Below are positions 29,976-38,789 of a DNA stretch of 64,000 nucleotides, one piece after another (within the stretch, counting starts at the first letter, position 1; the number at the start of each line of letters is the position of its first letter). This DNA comes from Thermovirgaceae bacterium. GTDB lineage: Bacteria; Synergistota; Synergistia; Synergistales; Thermovirgaceae. The translations under genes and the position numbers were made by a program. The notes below the pieces were generated by a model. It saw only the letters and a list, made by a program, of their open reading frames with translations. It was not told the origin of the DNA and searched no databases. The stretch spans positions 96,001 to 160,000 of the forward strand of contig JAXGNU010000002.1 of assembly GCA_040767805.1 (NCBI GenBank), in the 5' to 3' direction.

Positions 29976-30512
29976 TAAGGCAAAAAACCGTAAACCGTAA
30001 GATACCGTCTTCCGTCAACCTTGAAAATAATGAACCCTCATAAGCCGATCTGTTTCAACAGGCCATGGCGAACCTGTTCTTCGCCCAAAGGGGGTCAAAG
30101 GCGGTTCTGTTCTTCAGGACCCCGTAGATTATGTGAAGCAGTTTGCGCATGAAGGCTATGAGAGCGGCTTTCTTGGGCTTGTTGCGGTTCGTCAGCCTTT
30201 CGTAGAACTCTTTCAGCAGGGGGTTGTATCTTATGCCGACCAGGGCGGGCATGTAGAGGTGCTTCTTCAGCCTGGACGAACCAGTTTTGCAGATGGAGGT
30301 CCTGCCCTTCACGGAGGTACCGGAGGTCCTCGTGAATCGTGAATCGAAAGGTCAAGATCAAAGGCGGATTGTTTTGTTCTTGCGATTTACGATCCGAGAC
30401 TTACGGTATTTCCCGTTTTCCCTTCACCGTTTATGCCTTCGCTTTTCGTCTTTGCCTTACGGTTACCGGTTACCGGTTTTCGGTTCACGATTTACGGTTC
30501 ACGATTCACGAT
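29976..30512. repeat. Heptamer tandem-repeat element in inverted arrangement
   Basis: AAACCGT x2 (29985-29998), CGTGAAT x2 (30331-30344), and eight heptamers TTACGGT/TACCGGT/TTTCGGT/TCACGAT (30457-30512) complementary to the left-hand units. Confidence 0.8.
30000..30330 (-). mobile_element. Truncated IS110-family element (C-terminal transposase fragment + right end)
   Basis: SGTSVKGRTSICKTGSSRLKKHLYMPAL...FYERL...KKAALIAFMRKLLHIIYGVLK (stop at 30055). Right end TTGACGGAAGACGGTATCT. N-terminal RuvC/DEDD domain absent. Confidence 0.88.
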
Positions 30513-30517
30513 CATTT

Positions 30518-31969
30518 CTACCTCTTCCACGTACCGGGGAGGAACAGCATCATCACCGTGTAGATCTCGAGCCTCCCCAAGAGCATGCAGAAGGAGAGGA
30601 CCCACTTGCCGGCGGCAGGTATATGGGCGTAATTGCTCGAAGGCCCCACCGATCCCAGGGCCGGCCCGATGTTTCCTATCGCCGCCGCCGCGCTGGCTAT
30701 GGCCGACAGTACATCAAGACCGAGGGCGGCCATCATAAGCGCCGCCAGGACGAAGAGCCCAATGTACATCACGAAGAACGCGGTGACCGAGGATATGTCT
30801 TCCCTCTCCAGGGCCTTTCCCCCTACCCTGACGGTGAAAATGGCCTTTGGGTGAAGAAGCCTCTGGAGTTCGGTCTTCACGTGTTTGCCGAGGACCATGA
30901 TCCTCATGCTTTTGATACCGCCAACGGTCGAACCGGCGCAGCCCCCGGTGAACATCAGCAACAAGAGCAAAAATTGCAGGAAGTTCGGCCACAGGCCGTA
31001 GTCGGCCGTGACGAACCCCGTGGTGGTGACAATGCTCACCACCTGGAAGGCTCCGTAACGGAAGGAATCGGAGAGTCTGTCGTAGGTCCCGCTTGAAAAA
31101 AGAAAGGCCGCCGAGACAAACACGGACAGGGCCAGTAGTTTGACGTAGAAACGGAACTCCTCGTTCCTCCACCAAGCCCCCAGGTCACCCCGGAGGGCGA
31201 GAAAATGCAAGGCAAAGTTCGTCCCCGCCAGGAACATGAAGAGGGTGATGACCCACTCGAAGTATGCGTTGCCGTATTGCCCGATGCTTCCGTTAAGGGG
31301 TGAGAACCCCCCGGTGGCCATGGTCCCGAAGGTGTGGGTAAGGGACTCGAAGAGGTTCATGCCCCCCAGGAGCAGGGCCGAGGCCTGGAGCAGGGAGAGC
31401 AGAAGGTACACCCCCCAGAGCAGGAGGGCCGTCTGGTGGACCCTGGGGGTGATCTTCTCCGGCATGGGGCTTGGCACTTCCGCCTTGTACAGCTGCATCC
31501 CCCCAACCTTCAGGAAGGGCAGGACGGCGAGGCTCAGGACGATGATCCCCATGCCGCCGAGCCATTGGGTGAGATCGCGCCAGAAGAGGATGCCCCTGGG
31601 GTTGGACTGGATATCGGTGAGCACCGTGGCCCCCGTCGTGGTAAAACCCGACATGGCCTCGAAGAACGCCTCGGTGTAGGTTGGGACCGTCCCGTTAAGC
31701 AGGTAGGGGATGCCCCCGATAGCCGAGGCCAGGACCCACGAGAGGGAGACGACGGCGAAGGCTTCCCTGACGCCCAGGTCTCCAGCCTTTGCCTTGGACC
31801 CGGCGGCGAAAAGGAGCGCCGAGATCCCCAGACCGGTACCCATCCCACCCAACAAGGGGAAAAGGTCACTGGACCCGTCCGCCAGGGACCAGAGGATCGG
31901 GAAGACCATGAAGAGCGAGACGATGGCGCAGAGCAGGGAGAGTATCCTTGCGACGACGGCGGGTCGCAC
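30518..31969 (-). CDS. trkH: Trk potassium uptake permease TrkH
   Basis: FFEAMSGFTTTGAT, QWLGGMGII, ATGGFS, GGCAGST, GRLEI. Confidence 0.95.
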   Translation of the reverse strand: MRPAVVARILSLLCAIVSLFMVFPILWSLADGSSDLFPLLGGMGTGLGISALLFAAGSKAKAGDLGVREAFAVVSLSWVLASAIGGIPYLLNGTVPTYTEAFFEAMSGFTTTGATVLTDIQSNPRGILFWRDLTQWLGGMGIIVLSLAVLPFLKVGGMQLYKAEVPSPMPEKITPRVHQTALLLWGVYLLLSLLQASALLLGGMNLFESLTHTFGTMATGGFSPLNGSIGQYGNAYFEWVITLFMFLAGTNFALHFLALRGDLGAWWRNEEFRFYVKLLALSVFVSAAFLFSSGTYDRLSDSFRYGAFQVVSIVTTTGFVTADYGLWPNFLQFLLLLLMFTGGCAGSTVGGIKSMRIMVLGKHVKTELQRLLHPKAIFTVRVGGKALEREDISSVTAFFVMYIGLFVLAALMMAALGLDVLSAIASAAAAIGNIGPALGSVGPSSNYAHIPAAGKWVLSFCMLLGRLEIYTVMMLFLPGTWKR

Positions 31970-31970
31970 C

Positions 31971-33335
31971 CTACCCTACCCCCAGGATCTCCACGGCCTT
32001 GTTCATCAGTTCCTCCGAGGAAAAGATGAGGACCTCGTCGTTCTCCCGGAGCACGCTGTTGCCCCAGGGCACGAACATCTCCGTTCCCCTCGAGACGAGG
32101 GCGATGAGTATCCCCTTCGGGAGCCCCAGGTCCATGATCTTTTTCCCGCTGACGGCGCTCCCGTGGGGGATCGTCAGTTCCAGGACCTCGGCGTCGATCT
32201 CGTCGATTATGGAGAGGGCCCCGGTGCCGAAGGGATAGCGCACCTGCTTCATTATCACCGTGGCCAGGGCCTGGTTGGGGTTGACCATGGCATCGACGGC
32301 GATGTAGTCCGTCAAACGCATGAGCATCTCCCGCCTTACCACCGCCACGCTTTTATTGGCCCCCAGGGCCTTCCCGACCACGCCGATCAGGAGGTTGTGT
32401 TCGTCGTTCGCCGTGGTGGTCACGAAACCGTCGGCTTCGTCGATCCCCTCGTTCCTCAGGAGTTCCTCGTCCATCCCGTCGCCGTGGATTATTATCGCCT
32501 TGTCTAGTTCCCGGGATAACTTCTCGCACTTCTCGCGATCGAGGTCGATCAGTCTCAGGTCGAGCCCCGGGTACCTCAACCCCAGCCTGGTCGCCACCTG
32601 GAAGCCTATCTTGCCGCCGCCGACGATGATGACCCTTTTCAATTCAGGGGTCTTCCTGTTCGTGAAGAGTACCTCTAAATCCTGGGCCTGGGATTTTGAC
32701 GTCACGGTGAAGCAAAGGTCATCGGCCTCGAGGCTGTCGTCGCCGGAGGGGATGAAGCCCTTACCCCGCCTTTCTATGAAAACGATGAGGGCTGTCTTCT
32801 TGGGGTGGATGCGGCGCAGGTCCCTAAGGGAGGCCCCCATGAGGGCGGAATCGGGGCTGACCCGAAAGGCGTACACCCCTACCTTGCCCCCGAAGAACTC
32901 CGCGGTGTACACGGCCGCGCTCACCGAGAGGAACTCCTCGATCTCCCTCGCGACGGAGCGTTCCGGGGAGATCATCACGTCTATCCCCAGTTGCCTTGCC
33001 CAGGTCGGGCTGTCGGTGTACTCCAGGCCCCTGGCCCTGGAGATGACCCTCTTTACGCCAGCCCGACGGGCGATCCAGCAGGCAAGTATGTTGACTTCGT
33101 CGTGGTTCGAGCAGGCTATGAGGAGGTCCGTGCCGCAGCCGGGGCAGACCCCGGCCTGCTCGAGCACGGGCGGCCTTGAGCCGTTCCCCCTGACGACCAT
33201 GACGTCCAGTTCGTTCTCCACCTTGGCGGCCCTTTCCTCGTCGCTCTCCACGACGGTGACGTCATGCCCTTCCTGCGAAAGGCTGGAAGCGACGCTGAAC
33301 CCGACCTCTCCCGCCCCGACCACCACGATCTTCAA
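31971..33335 (-). CDS. trkA: Trk potassium uptake protein TrkA
   Basis: Two RCK_N (GAGEVG, GGGKIG) plus RCK_C domains. Confidence 0.95.
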   Translation of the reverse strand: MKIVVVGAGEVGFSVASSLSQEGHDVTVVESDEERAAKVENELDVMVVRGNGSRPPVLEQAGVCPGCGTDLLIACSNHDEVNILACWIARRAGVKRVISRARGLEYTDSPTWARQLGIDVMISPERSVAREIEEFLSVSAAVYTAEFFGGKVGVYAFRVSPDSALMGASLRDLRRIHPKKTALIVFIERRGKGFIPSGDDSLEADDLCFTVTSKSQAQDLEVLFTNRKTPELKRVIIVGGGKIGFQVATRLGLRYPGLDLRLIDLDREKCEKLSRELDKAIIIHGDGMDEELLRNEGIDEADGFVTTTANDEHNLLIGVVGKALGANKSVAVVRREMLMRLTDYIAVDAMVNPNQALATVIMKQVRYPFGTGALSIIDEIDAEVLELTIPHGSAVSGKKIMDLGLPKGILIALVSRGTEMFVPWGNSVLRENDEVLIFSSEELMNKAVEILGVG

Positions 33336-33422
33336 ACCTGATACACCCCCCGGGAAGGGACAACCCCGACTTTGCCTGCCAAGCGAAAGTGGTAAACTAG
33401 TCCGGACAAGGGAGGTGGACCC

Positions 33423-34412
33423 ATGCCGCGTCGCGAGAAGATCGCCTTCGTTGGTACAGGCGGGACCGTCAGCATGACCTTCAACGAGAATCAGAACGGT
33501 TTCGTTCCCACTCTCTCCGCCGGGGACCTGGTGGGGATGCTTCCCCCGGGCCTAAGGAACGACCTCGACGTGATCGACTGGAGCCACCAGCCCAGCAGTC
33601 ACTATACCATACCGATGACCACCGATCTCGTGGAACTTTTGCGCAAGCGTGTGAAAGACGGGGCTTCCGGGATAGTCGTAACCTGCGGGACCGATTCCCT
33701 CGAGGAGATGGCCTACCTGACCGATCTCCTGTGGCCCTACCCCCAGCCGGTGGTCTTCACGGGATCCATGCTGCCGCCGAGCCTCCAGGGGTCGGACGCC
33801 ATGGCCAACCTCGCCCAGGCCGTGAAAGCGGCCTCTTCGGAAAACCTGTGGGGCATGGGCGTCCTCGCGTGCTTCCAGGACCAGCTTTTCGCCGCCTCCG
33901 AAGTCACCAAGGAAGTGGCCCACCGCAGGGACGCCTTCGCCGCGCCGGGGAGGGGACCCGTGGCCGACTTCGTCGGCGGGGATATCAGGGTCATCAGGAA
34001 ACCCAACAGGCCCCCCGCCCTGGAAGGGGCGATCATGCCCGCCAGGAATGTGGAGATCCTCTGGGCGTCCCTAGGAGGCGGCGACGGGACCCTCTCGTGC
34101 CTTTCCAAGTCAAAAAACCTCGATGGGCTCGTCCTGGCTGGTTTCGGCGCCGGCAACATCCCCCCATCGTGGATCCAGTACCTTAAGCCCATCATGAAGA
34201 ACGGCACGGTGATAGTGATAACCACGCGTTGCAGGAGGGGGCACACCGGCACCCTCTACGGTTACGAGGGGAGCACCAAAAGACTGCTCGAACTGGGCCT
34301 GATGGATGGAGGCGGCTTGAGGCCGGAGCAGGCCAGGCTGAGGCTCGCCGTGGGCCTTGGGGCGGGCTTTTCAAGGGAGGACCTGCAGCTTTATCTCCTG
34401 GGCAAAAAATGA
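33423..34412 (+). CDS. Asparaginase/glutaminase family protein
   Basis: GTGGTV, CGTDSLEEMAY, VVFTGSM, GFGAGNIP. Confidence 0.9.
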   Translation: MPRREKIAFVGTGGTVSMTFNENQNGFVPTLSAGDLVGMLPPGLRNDLDVIDWSHQPSSHYTIPMTTDLVELLRKRVKDGASGIVVTCGTDSLEEMAYLTDLLWPYPQPVVFTGSMLPPSLQGSDAMANLAQAVKAASSENLWGMGVLACFQDQLFAASEVTKEVAHRRDAFAAPGRGPVADFVGGDIRVIRKPNRPPALEGAIMPARNVEILWASLGGGDGTLSCLSKSKNLDGLVLAGFGAGNIPPSWIQYLKPIMKNGTVIVITTRCRRGHTGTLYGYEGSTKRLLELGLMDGGGLRPEQARLRLAVGLGAGFSREDLQLYLLGKK

Positions 34413-34440
34413 AGGCCCCCCTCGGGAAGGGTCCGCCGCG

Positions 34441-35208
34441 TCAAGACCCGAGCACCTGGGAGATCATCCTCAGGGCGCTGATCACCACCATTACCACCAG
34501 TACGTACCTTATCCACCTGTTACCCTTTACCACGGAAAACCGCGTCCCCGCCCAGGCCCCGACCATGCTGCCGACGGCGAGGGCCAGGCCGTACTCCATG
34601 TTGATTAGCCCCCGCGAGAAAAAGATGACGAAACTGACCACGGTGAAGCAGAGCGCGATGGAAGCCTTTAGCGCGTTGGCCCTCAGGAGGTCCTTGCCCG
34701 CTGTAGCCACCAGGGCCCAGATCAGGAAGAAGCCGACCCCCGCTTGTAAAAACCCCCCGTAGGCGCCTATGACCAGGAAAAGAAGCCCCTTGGCCCAGCC
34801 GGGCCATAAAGTGACCCTGCAGGTCTCCCACATCCGCGGCCTGGCGATGAGGAGGACCGCCATGGAGGAGATAAGTATGGCGATGGTCACCTTCAGGAAG
34901 CGTTCATCCAGCTGCACGGCTAGAAGGGTCCCCGCCACTGAACCGATGGAGGCCGGTATCCCCAGGGAGAGGGACTCCTTCAGGGACAGCACGCCCTCCC
35001 TTTTGAACTGTCCCGTGGCGACCAGGTTCTGGAGGAGGATGCTCACCCGGTTGGTGGCATTGGCCGAAGAGGCGTCCAGGCCAAGAAAGATCAGGAAGGG
35101 AAGGCTGAGGAGGGACCCACCCCCGGCCACGACGTTGATGAAACCGGTCACTCCTCCGAGCAGGGTCGCGAGAACCAGTATCGCTGCGGTCAAACCAGAC
35201 GCCTCCAT
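34441..35208 (-). CDS. TauE/SafE (TSUP) family transporter
   Basis: GFINVVAGGGSLLSLP, ANATNR, YGGFLQAGVG. Confidence 0.9.
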   Translation of the reverse strand: MEASGLTAAILVLATLLGGVTGFINVVAGGGSLLSLPFLIFLGLDASSANATNRVSILLQNLVATGQFKREGVLSLKESLSLGIPASIGSVAGTLLAVQLDERFLKVTIAILISSMAVLLIARPRMWETCRVTLWPGWAKGLLFLVIGAYGGFLQAGVGFFLIWALVATAGKDLLRANALKASIALCFTVVSFVIFFSRGLINMEYGLALAVGSMVGAWAGTRFSVVKGNRWIRYVLVVMVVISALRMISQVLGS

Positions 35209-35310
35209 GGGAACTCATATCGCAACCAGGCGCCATTCTAGCATACAACCGGCGGGCGCCGGCGACCCGGGGTGATATAATAAGTTAACGCAAGAAGGGA
35301 GGGGAAACCC

Positions 35311-35733
35311 ATGCGCTACGCCATCACCGAGGACGAGGCCTTTCTCCGTCTGAGCGACGGCGAAGAGCTGCACCTCTCGATAGCGGCGGCCTGCGAAGAG
35401 TACTCCATCGACTCGGCCATCATACTGGGCGGGCTGGGTATGGCCCGGGAGATTACCTTCGGCTGGTACACCGGGAAGGAGTACCTCCGGGAGCGGGTGG
35501 AGGGGACCTTCGAGGTCGCGTCGCTGAGCGGGGACGTAAGCCGGAGGGAGGGGATCCTTTACCCGCACATCCATGCCGTCTTCAACGGGATGGACCACGC
35601 TTCGCTGAGTGGGCACGTCCTGAAGGTCGTCGCCTTCCACAACATGGAGGTCTTCATCCGCCCCCTGAGGTCGATCCGCCTCAACCGGGAATACGACGGC
35701 TGGCTGGAAGCCATAGTGCCCGAGAAGCGCTAG
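35311..35733 (+). CDS. PPC/DUF296 domain protein
   Basis: LRLSDGEEL, FEVASLSG, PHIHAV, SGHV. Confidence 0.88.
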   Translation: MRYAITEDEAFLRLSDGEELHLSIAAACEEYSIDSAIILGGLGMAREITFGWYTGKEYLRERVEGTFEVASLSGDVSRREGILYPHIHAVFNGMDHASLSGHVLKVVAFHNMEVFIRPLRSIRLNREYDGWLEAIVPEKR

Positions 35734-36236
35734 CTTTCCTTCTTTAGGTCCGCCTTGACCCCCCCGATGTACCCGGTCAGCTGCCTTGGGTCGACGGGGA
35801 AGAAGCTGTGGTCGGTGCCGGCGGCCGCCCACACCGTCTCGAACCGGAAAAGGTCCTCATCGACCAGGGCGCAGGGCATTGTCGGGAACCCCACCGGCGG
35901 GACACCGCCCACCTCGAACCCTAGGTGGTCCAGGACCCATTCAGCCTTCGCCATGGACACCTTCCTGGCCTTGAGGAGGACCTTCACTTTTTTAAGGTCT
36001 ATCCTGTTAGGCCCCGACATCAGGGCGATGACGGGTTTATCGTCGACCAGGAGGACGAGGGTCTTCAGGATCTCCTCCGGCGGCGCGCCCACGCTCCTGG
36101 AGGCGTCCTCCACGGTCCTTATGGTCTCCTCGCTGAAATGGATCCGCCCCTGGTACCCGGCGTCCGCCAGGAAGGCCCGGACCCTCTCCACGGGGTCCAG
36201 GTGGGTCCCTTTTGAAAGCGGCGTTCCTTCATTCAT
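35730..36236 (-). CDS. YbaK/EbsC aminoacyl-tRNA deacylase family protein
   Basis: ILKTLV, GFEVGGVPPVG, VWAAAG. Confidence 0.9.
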   Translation of the reverse strand: MNEGTPLSKGTHLDPVERVRAFLADAGYQGRIHFSEETIRTVEDASRSVGAPPEEILKTLVLLVDDKPVIALMSGPNRIDLKKVKVLLKARKVSMAKAEWVLDHLGFEVGGVPPVGFPTMPCALVDEDLFRFETVWAAAGTDHSFFPVDPRQLTGYIGGVKADLKKES

Positions 36237-38227
36237 TGCTGATGCTCCCCCTTTTTCTCGATATCCGGGTAGATCGCCCTGTAAACGTACCGGTTAGCCA
36301 TGACCTGGCGTACGAACTCCCTGGTCTCTCCGTAAGGGATATCCTCCACCCATTCCTCGATCGGCCCTTTCGGGGGGAGCCACCTCCCGACGGCCCCCTG
36401 CCCGGCGTTGTAGGCGGCCACGGCGAACTCCACCCGGTCAAAAATCCGGGTAAGCCTGGAGAAGTGATGGGTGCCCAGGAGGATGTTCTTGGCGGGGTCG
36501 AAGTAATCGCCCTCCTTTTCCCCAAGCATAAGCGCGTTCTCCCTGGCCGTAGGCGGCATCAGCTGCATCAGGCCCATGGCGCCGGCGCTGCTGACAGCCC
36601 CTTCATCGAAGGCGCTCTCCCGTCGCATGATGGCCCATACATCCACCGGGTCGACGCCGAACCTGGCGGAGGCCGCCATCACGTCCCTCTCCCTGGCCCT
36701 CGGGTAGAGCCCCTCCAGGAGCGCCCGGGGAAGGGGGTCGGACTGGCCGAGCAGGTAGGCGAAGGGGATCGAGTCAAGGAAAGCCCCCCTGGCGTCGCCA
36801 AGCCATAGGGCCAGCCTTGCCGAGGCGGATCTCGTCGCGGCGTCCGGGGACAGGGACAGGACCATCCTGGCGTAGATGACGAACCCCCATTCCGCCAGTT
36901 CTCCCCCCTCACCGGCCGCCCTTTGGGCGGGGAGGTCCCTGACCCTCGGCGGCTCGGAAGGGAAGGCGAGGTAAGTGTAGTAATCCGTGGGGTAGCCCTT
37001 TCGAAGCCTCTCGAGGAGCCCCGAGGAGGTCCTCGAATCCCCCAGCTTCTCGTTCGCCCTGGCCGCCCAGTATAGAAGGCGGGACTCCTGCCTTGGGTCG
37101 TTCCCCGCGTCTAGGGCCTTCGTCCAGGCACCGTCGGCGGCCCTGGTGTCACCCTTCTTCCAGGCGGACCATCCCTTTTCCCAAAGGGCCGCGGCGGTGA
37201 AACGGCTTGTCGGGTAACGCTCCAGGAGGATCTCCTCGTACCGGGAGGCCTTCTCCTCATCCCCGGCCCCGGCGAAAAGGCCCGCCAACTCGACCAGGGC
37301 TGAGGCCGCCGGGTCGCCCTGCGCGGAATCCGATATTACCATAAGCGTTTCGAGGGCTTCCCCGCCCTTTTCCCTGGCCATCCTGGATATCAGTTCGATC
37401 GAGGGCTGGGAATACCTCGAACCCCCAAGAGACAGGTCCTTCCAAATCGGCAGCGCTTCATCGGCCCTGCCAAGGTTCGAAAGGGCCCTAGCCCTGAAGA
37501 AGGTCGCCCTTTCAAAACGTGGGTCCTCCCGGGGGACCCTTTCAAGTTGAGCGAGGGCCTCCTCGAGATTGCCGGAGAAAAAGGAAGCGTACCCCAGGGG
37601 GAAGGCGGTCCTCGGGTCTTCAGGCCCCGGGTCCTTCCGGATCATGGAAAGGGCCCCACGGTGAAAGGGGGCTAACTCAAGCAGCGCCAGGGCATACTTG
37701 GGGTCCGGCTCTGGCAGCTTTAAAAGCGCTTCAAGGGCCTGCTTCCGGAGGGGGGTGTCCTTGGCGCTTTCGGCCATCGCCCCGTACCACTCTTTGGCTT
37801 CCTCCACCCGGCCCCCCTTCAGGGAGAGCCTCCCGAGGGCGTAGGCCACGTGAGGCGCCAAGACCCAGTCGTCCCCTTTCCAGAGCGAAAGGGCCGCCTC
37901 CTCGGCCTTCCGGCCATCGCCGGTCCTTTCGAAACCCAGGAGGATGAGCATATCGGCGAAGGGTTTCAACCCTTCCGGGAGGTCTTCCCTCTCCTCCAGC
38001 AATATCTCGAGGGCCGGCGCCCACTTGCGCTGGAGCCACAGCGCGTTGGCGAAGATGACCCTTTCCTTCGGCGAAGCCTGGTCGCCTAGGGATCGGACCT
38101 TCGTCTCGAGGGCAACCCACTGCCTCGACCAGAAAAGGTCCTCTATCTCCGAGGCCTTCACCGCCGACGTCGGGAAAAGGAGGATCACGAGGAGGGCCGC
38201 CCCAAAAAACCTTAGGCTTTTTCGCAT
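36233..38227 (-). CDS. Soluble lytic murein transglycosylase (TPR + SLT)
   Basis: Signal peptide, helical repeats, IMRRESAF, GLMQLMP, AAYNAG, IPYGETREFV. ATG at 38227. Confidence 0.92.
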   Translation of the reverse strand: MRKSLRFFGAALLVILLFPTSAVKASEIEDLFWSRQWVALETKVRSLGDQASPKERVIFANALWLQRKWAPALEILLEEREDLPEGLKPFADMLILLGFERTGDGRKAEEAALSLWKGDDWVLAPHVAYALGRLSLKGGRVEEAKEWYGAMAESAKDTPLRKQALEALLKLPEPDPKYALALLELAPFHRGALSMIRKDPGPEDPRTAFPLGYASFFSGNLEEALAQLERVPREDPRFERATFFRARALSNLGRADEALPIWKDLSLGGSRYSQPSIELISRMAREKGGEALETLMVISDSAQGDPAASALVELAGLFAGAGDEEKASRYEEILLERYPTSRFTAAALWEKGWSAWKKGDTRAADGAWTKALDAGNDPRQESRLLYWAARANEKLGDSRTSSGLLERLRKGYPTDYYTYLAFPSEPPRVRDLPAQRAAGEGGELAEWGFVIYARMVLSLSPDAATRSASARLALWLGDARGAFLDSIPFAYLLGQSDPLPRALLEGLYPRARERDVMAASARFGVDPVDVWAIMRRESAFDEGAVSSAGAMGLMQLMPPTARENALMLGEKEGDYFDPAKNILLGTHHFSRLTRIFDRVEFAVAAYNAGQGAVGRWLPPKGPIEEWVEDIPYGETREFVRQVMANRYVYRAIYPDIEKKGEHQQ

Positions 38228-38712
38228 CCCCTTCGGTCTCCCGGGAAGATCTCGCCGCACCGGTCACAGGGGGGCGGTTCCCCGGTCAGGGAGAAGTGCC
38301 GGAAGTGGTCGAGCCACTTCGGGGCACCCCTCCCGCAGATCTCGAGGAACCTGATAAAGGAGACAAGCCGTTCCCTGCACGTGGGGGTGATAAAATGCTC
38401 AACGTTACAGGCGTTCTGGGTCGCTTCCCCGCTGTCGAGGTTCAGCACTTCCTCGAAGAAGGTCCTGAGGAGTTCCTCGTTCTGAAGGAGGGTCTCGGCG
38501 ACGGCCCTGCCTTCAGGGGTGAGAGAGATGTACCCGTAGTGCTCCTGGTCGACGAGGCCGCCCTCCTTGAGGCCCGAGACGACCCCGACGACGGTGGGGG
38601 ACCTCACCCCCAGGAGCTGGGCCAGGTCCTTGACGCGGACCACCTTCTTCCGGTCCTGGAGCCTCAGTATGGCCTTGAGGTAATCTTCGCTTCTCGCGCT
38701 CAGTTTTGACAT
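38212..38712 (-). CDS. DtxR/MntR family metal-dependent regulator
   Basis: SEDYLKAI, VRVKDLA..LGVRSPTV, ACNVEH. Confidence 0.92.
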   Translation of the reverse strand: MSKLSARSEDYLKAILRLQDRKKVVRVKDLAQLLGVRSPTVVGVVSGLKEGGLVDQEHYGYISLTPEGRAVAETLLQNEELLRTFFEEVLNLDSGEATQNACNVEHFITPTCRERLVSFIRFLEICGRGAPKWLDHFRHFSLTGEPPPCDRCGEIFPGDRRGCEKA

Positions 38713-38713
38713 T

Positions 38714-38729
38714 GTTAGCCTCGCCTACT
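38714..38729. promoter_or_regulatory. Candidate DtxR/MntR operator (autoregulation)
   Basis: GTTAGCCTCGCCTACT immediately upstream of the dtxR-like ATG, resembling the TTAGG-N4-CCTAA core. Confidence 0.55.
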
Positions 38730-38789
38730 TTTGTTATTATCTTCATAAGTATCCGCCCGATGGAGCGAACCGTCAAGGGAGAGTAAGGA

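Noticed and set aside
30331..30512. Possible CRISPR array
   Set aside because: Units are 7-nt tandem repeats with no unique spacers, and no cas genes are in the window.
33423..34412. Asparaginase as an inactive variant (CGTD instead of HGTD)
   Set aside because: Both catalytic Thr residues, the Asp and the Lys appear retained, so there is no basis for calling it inactive.
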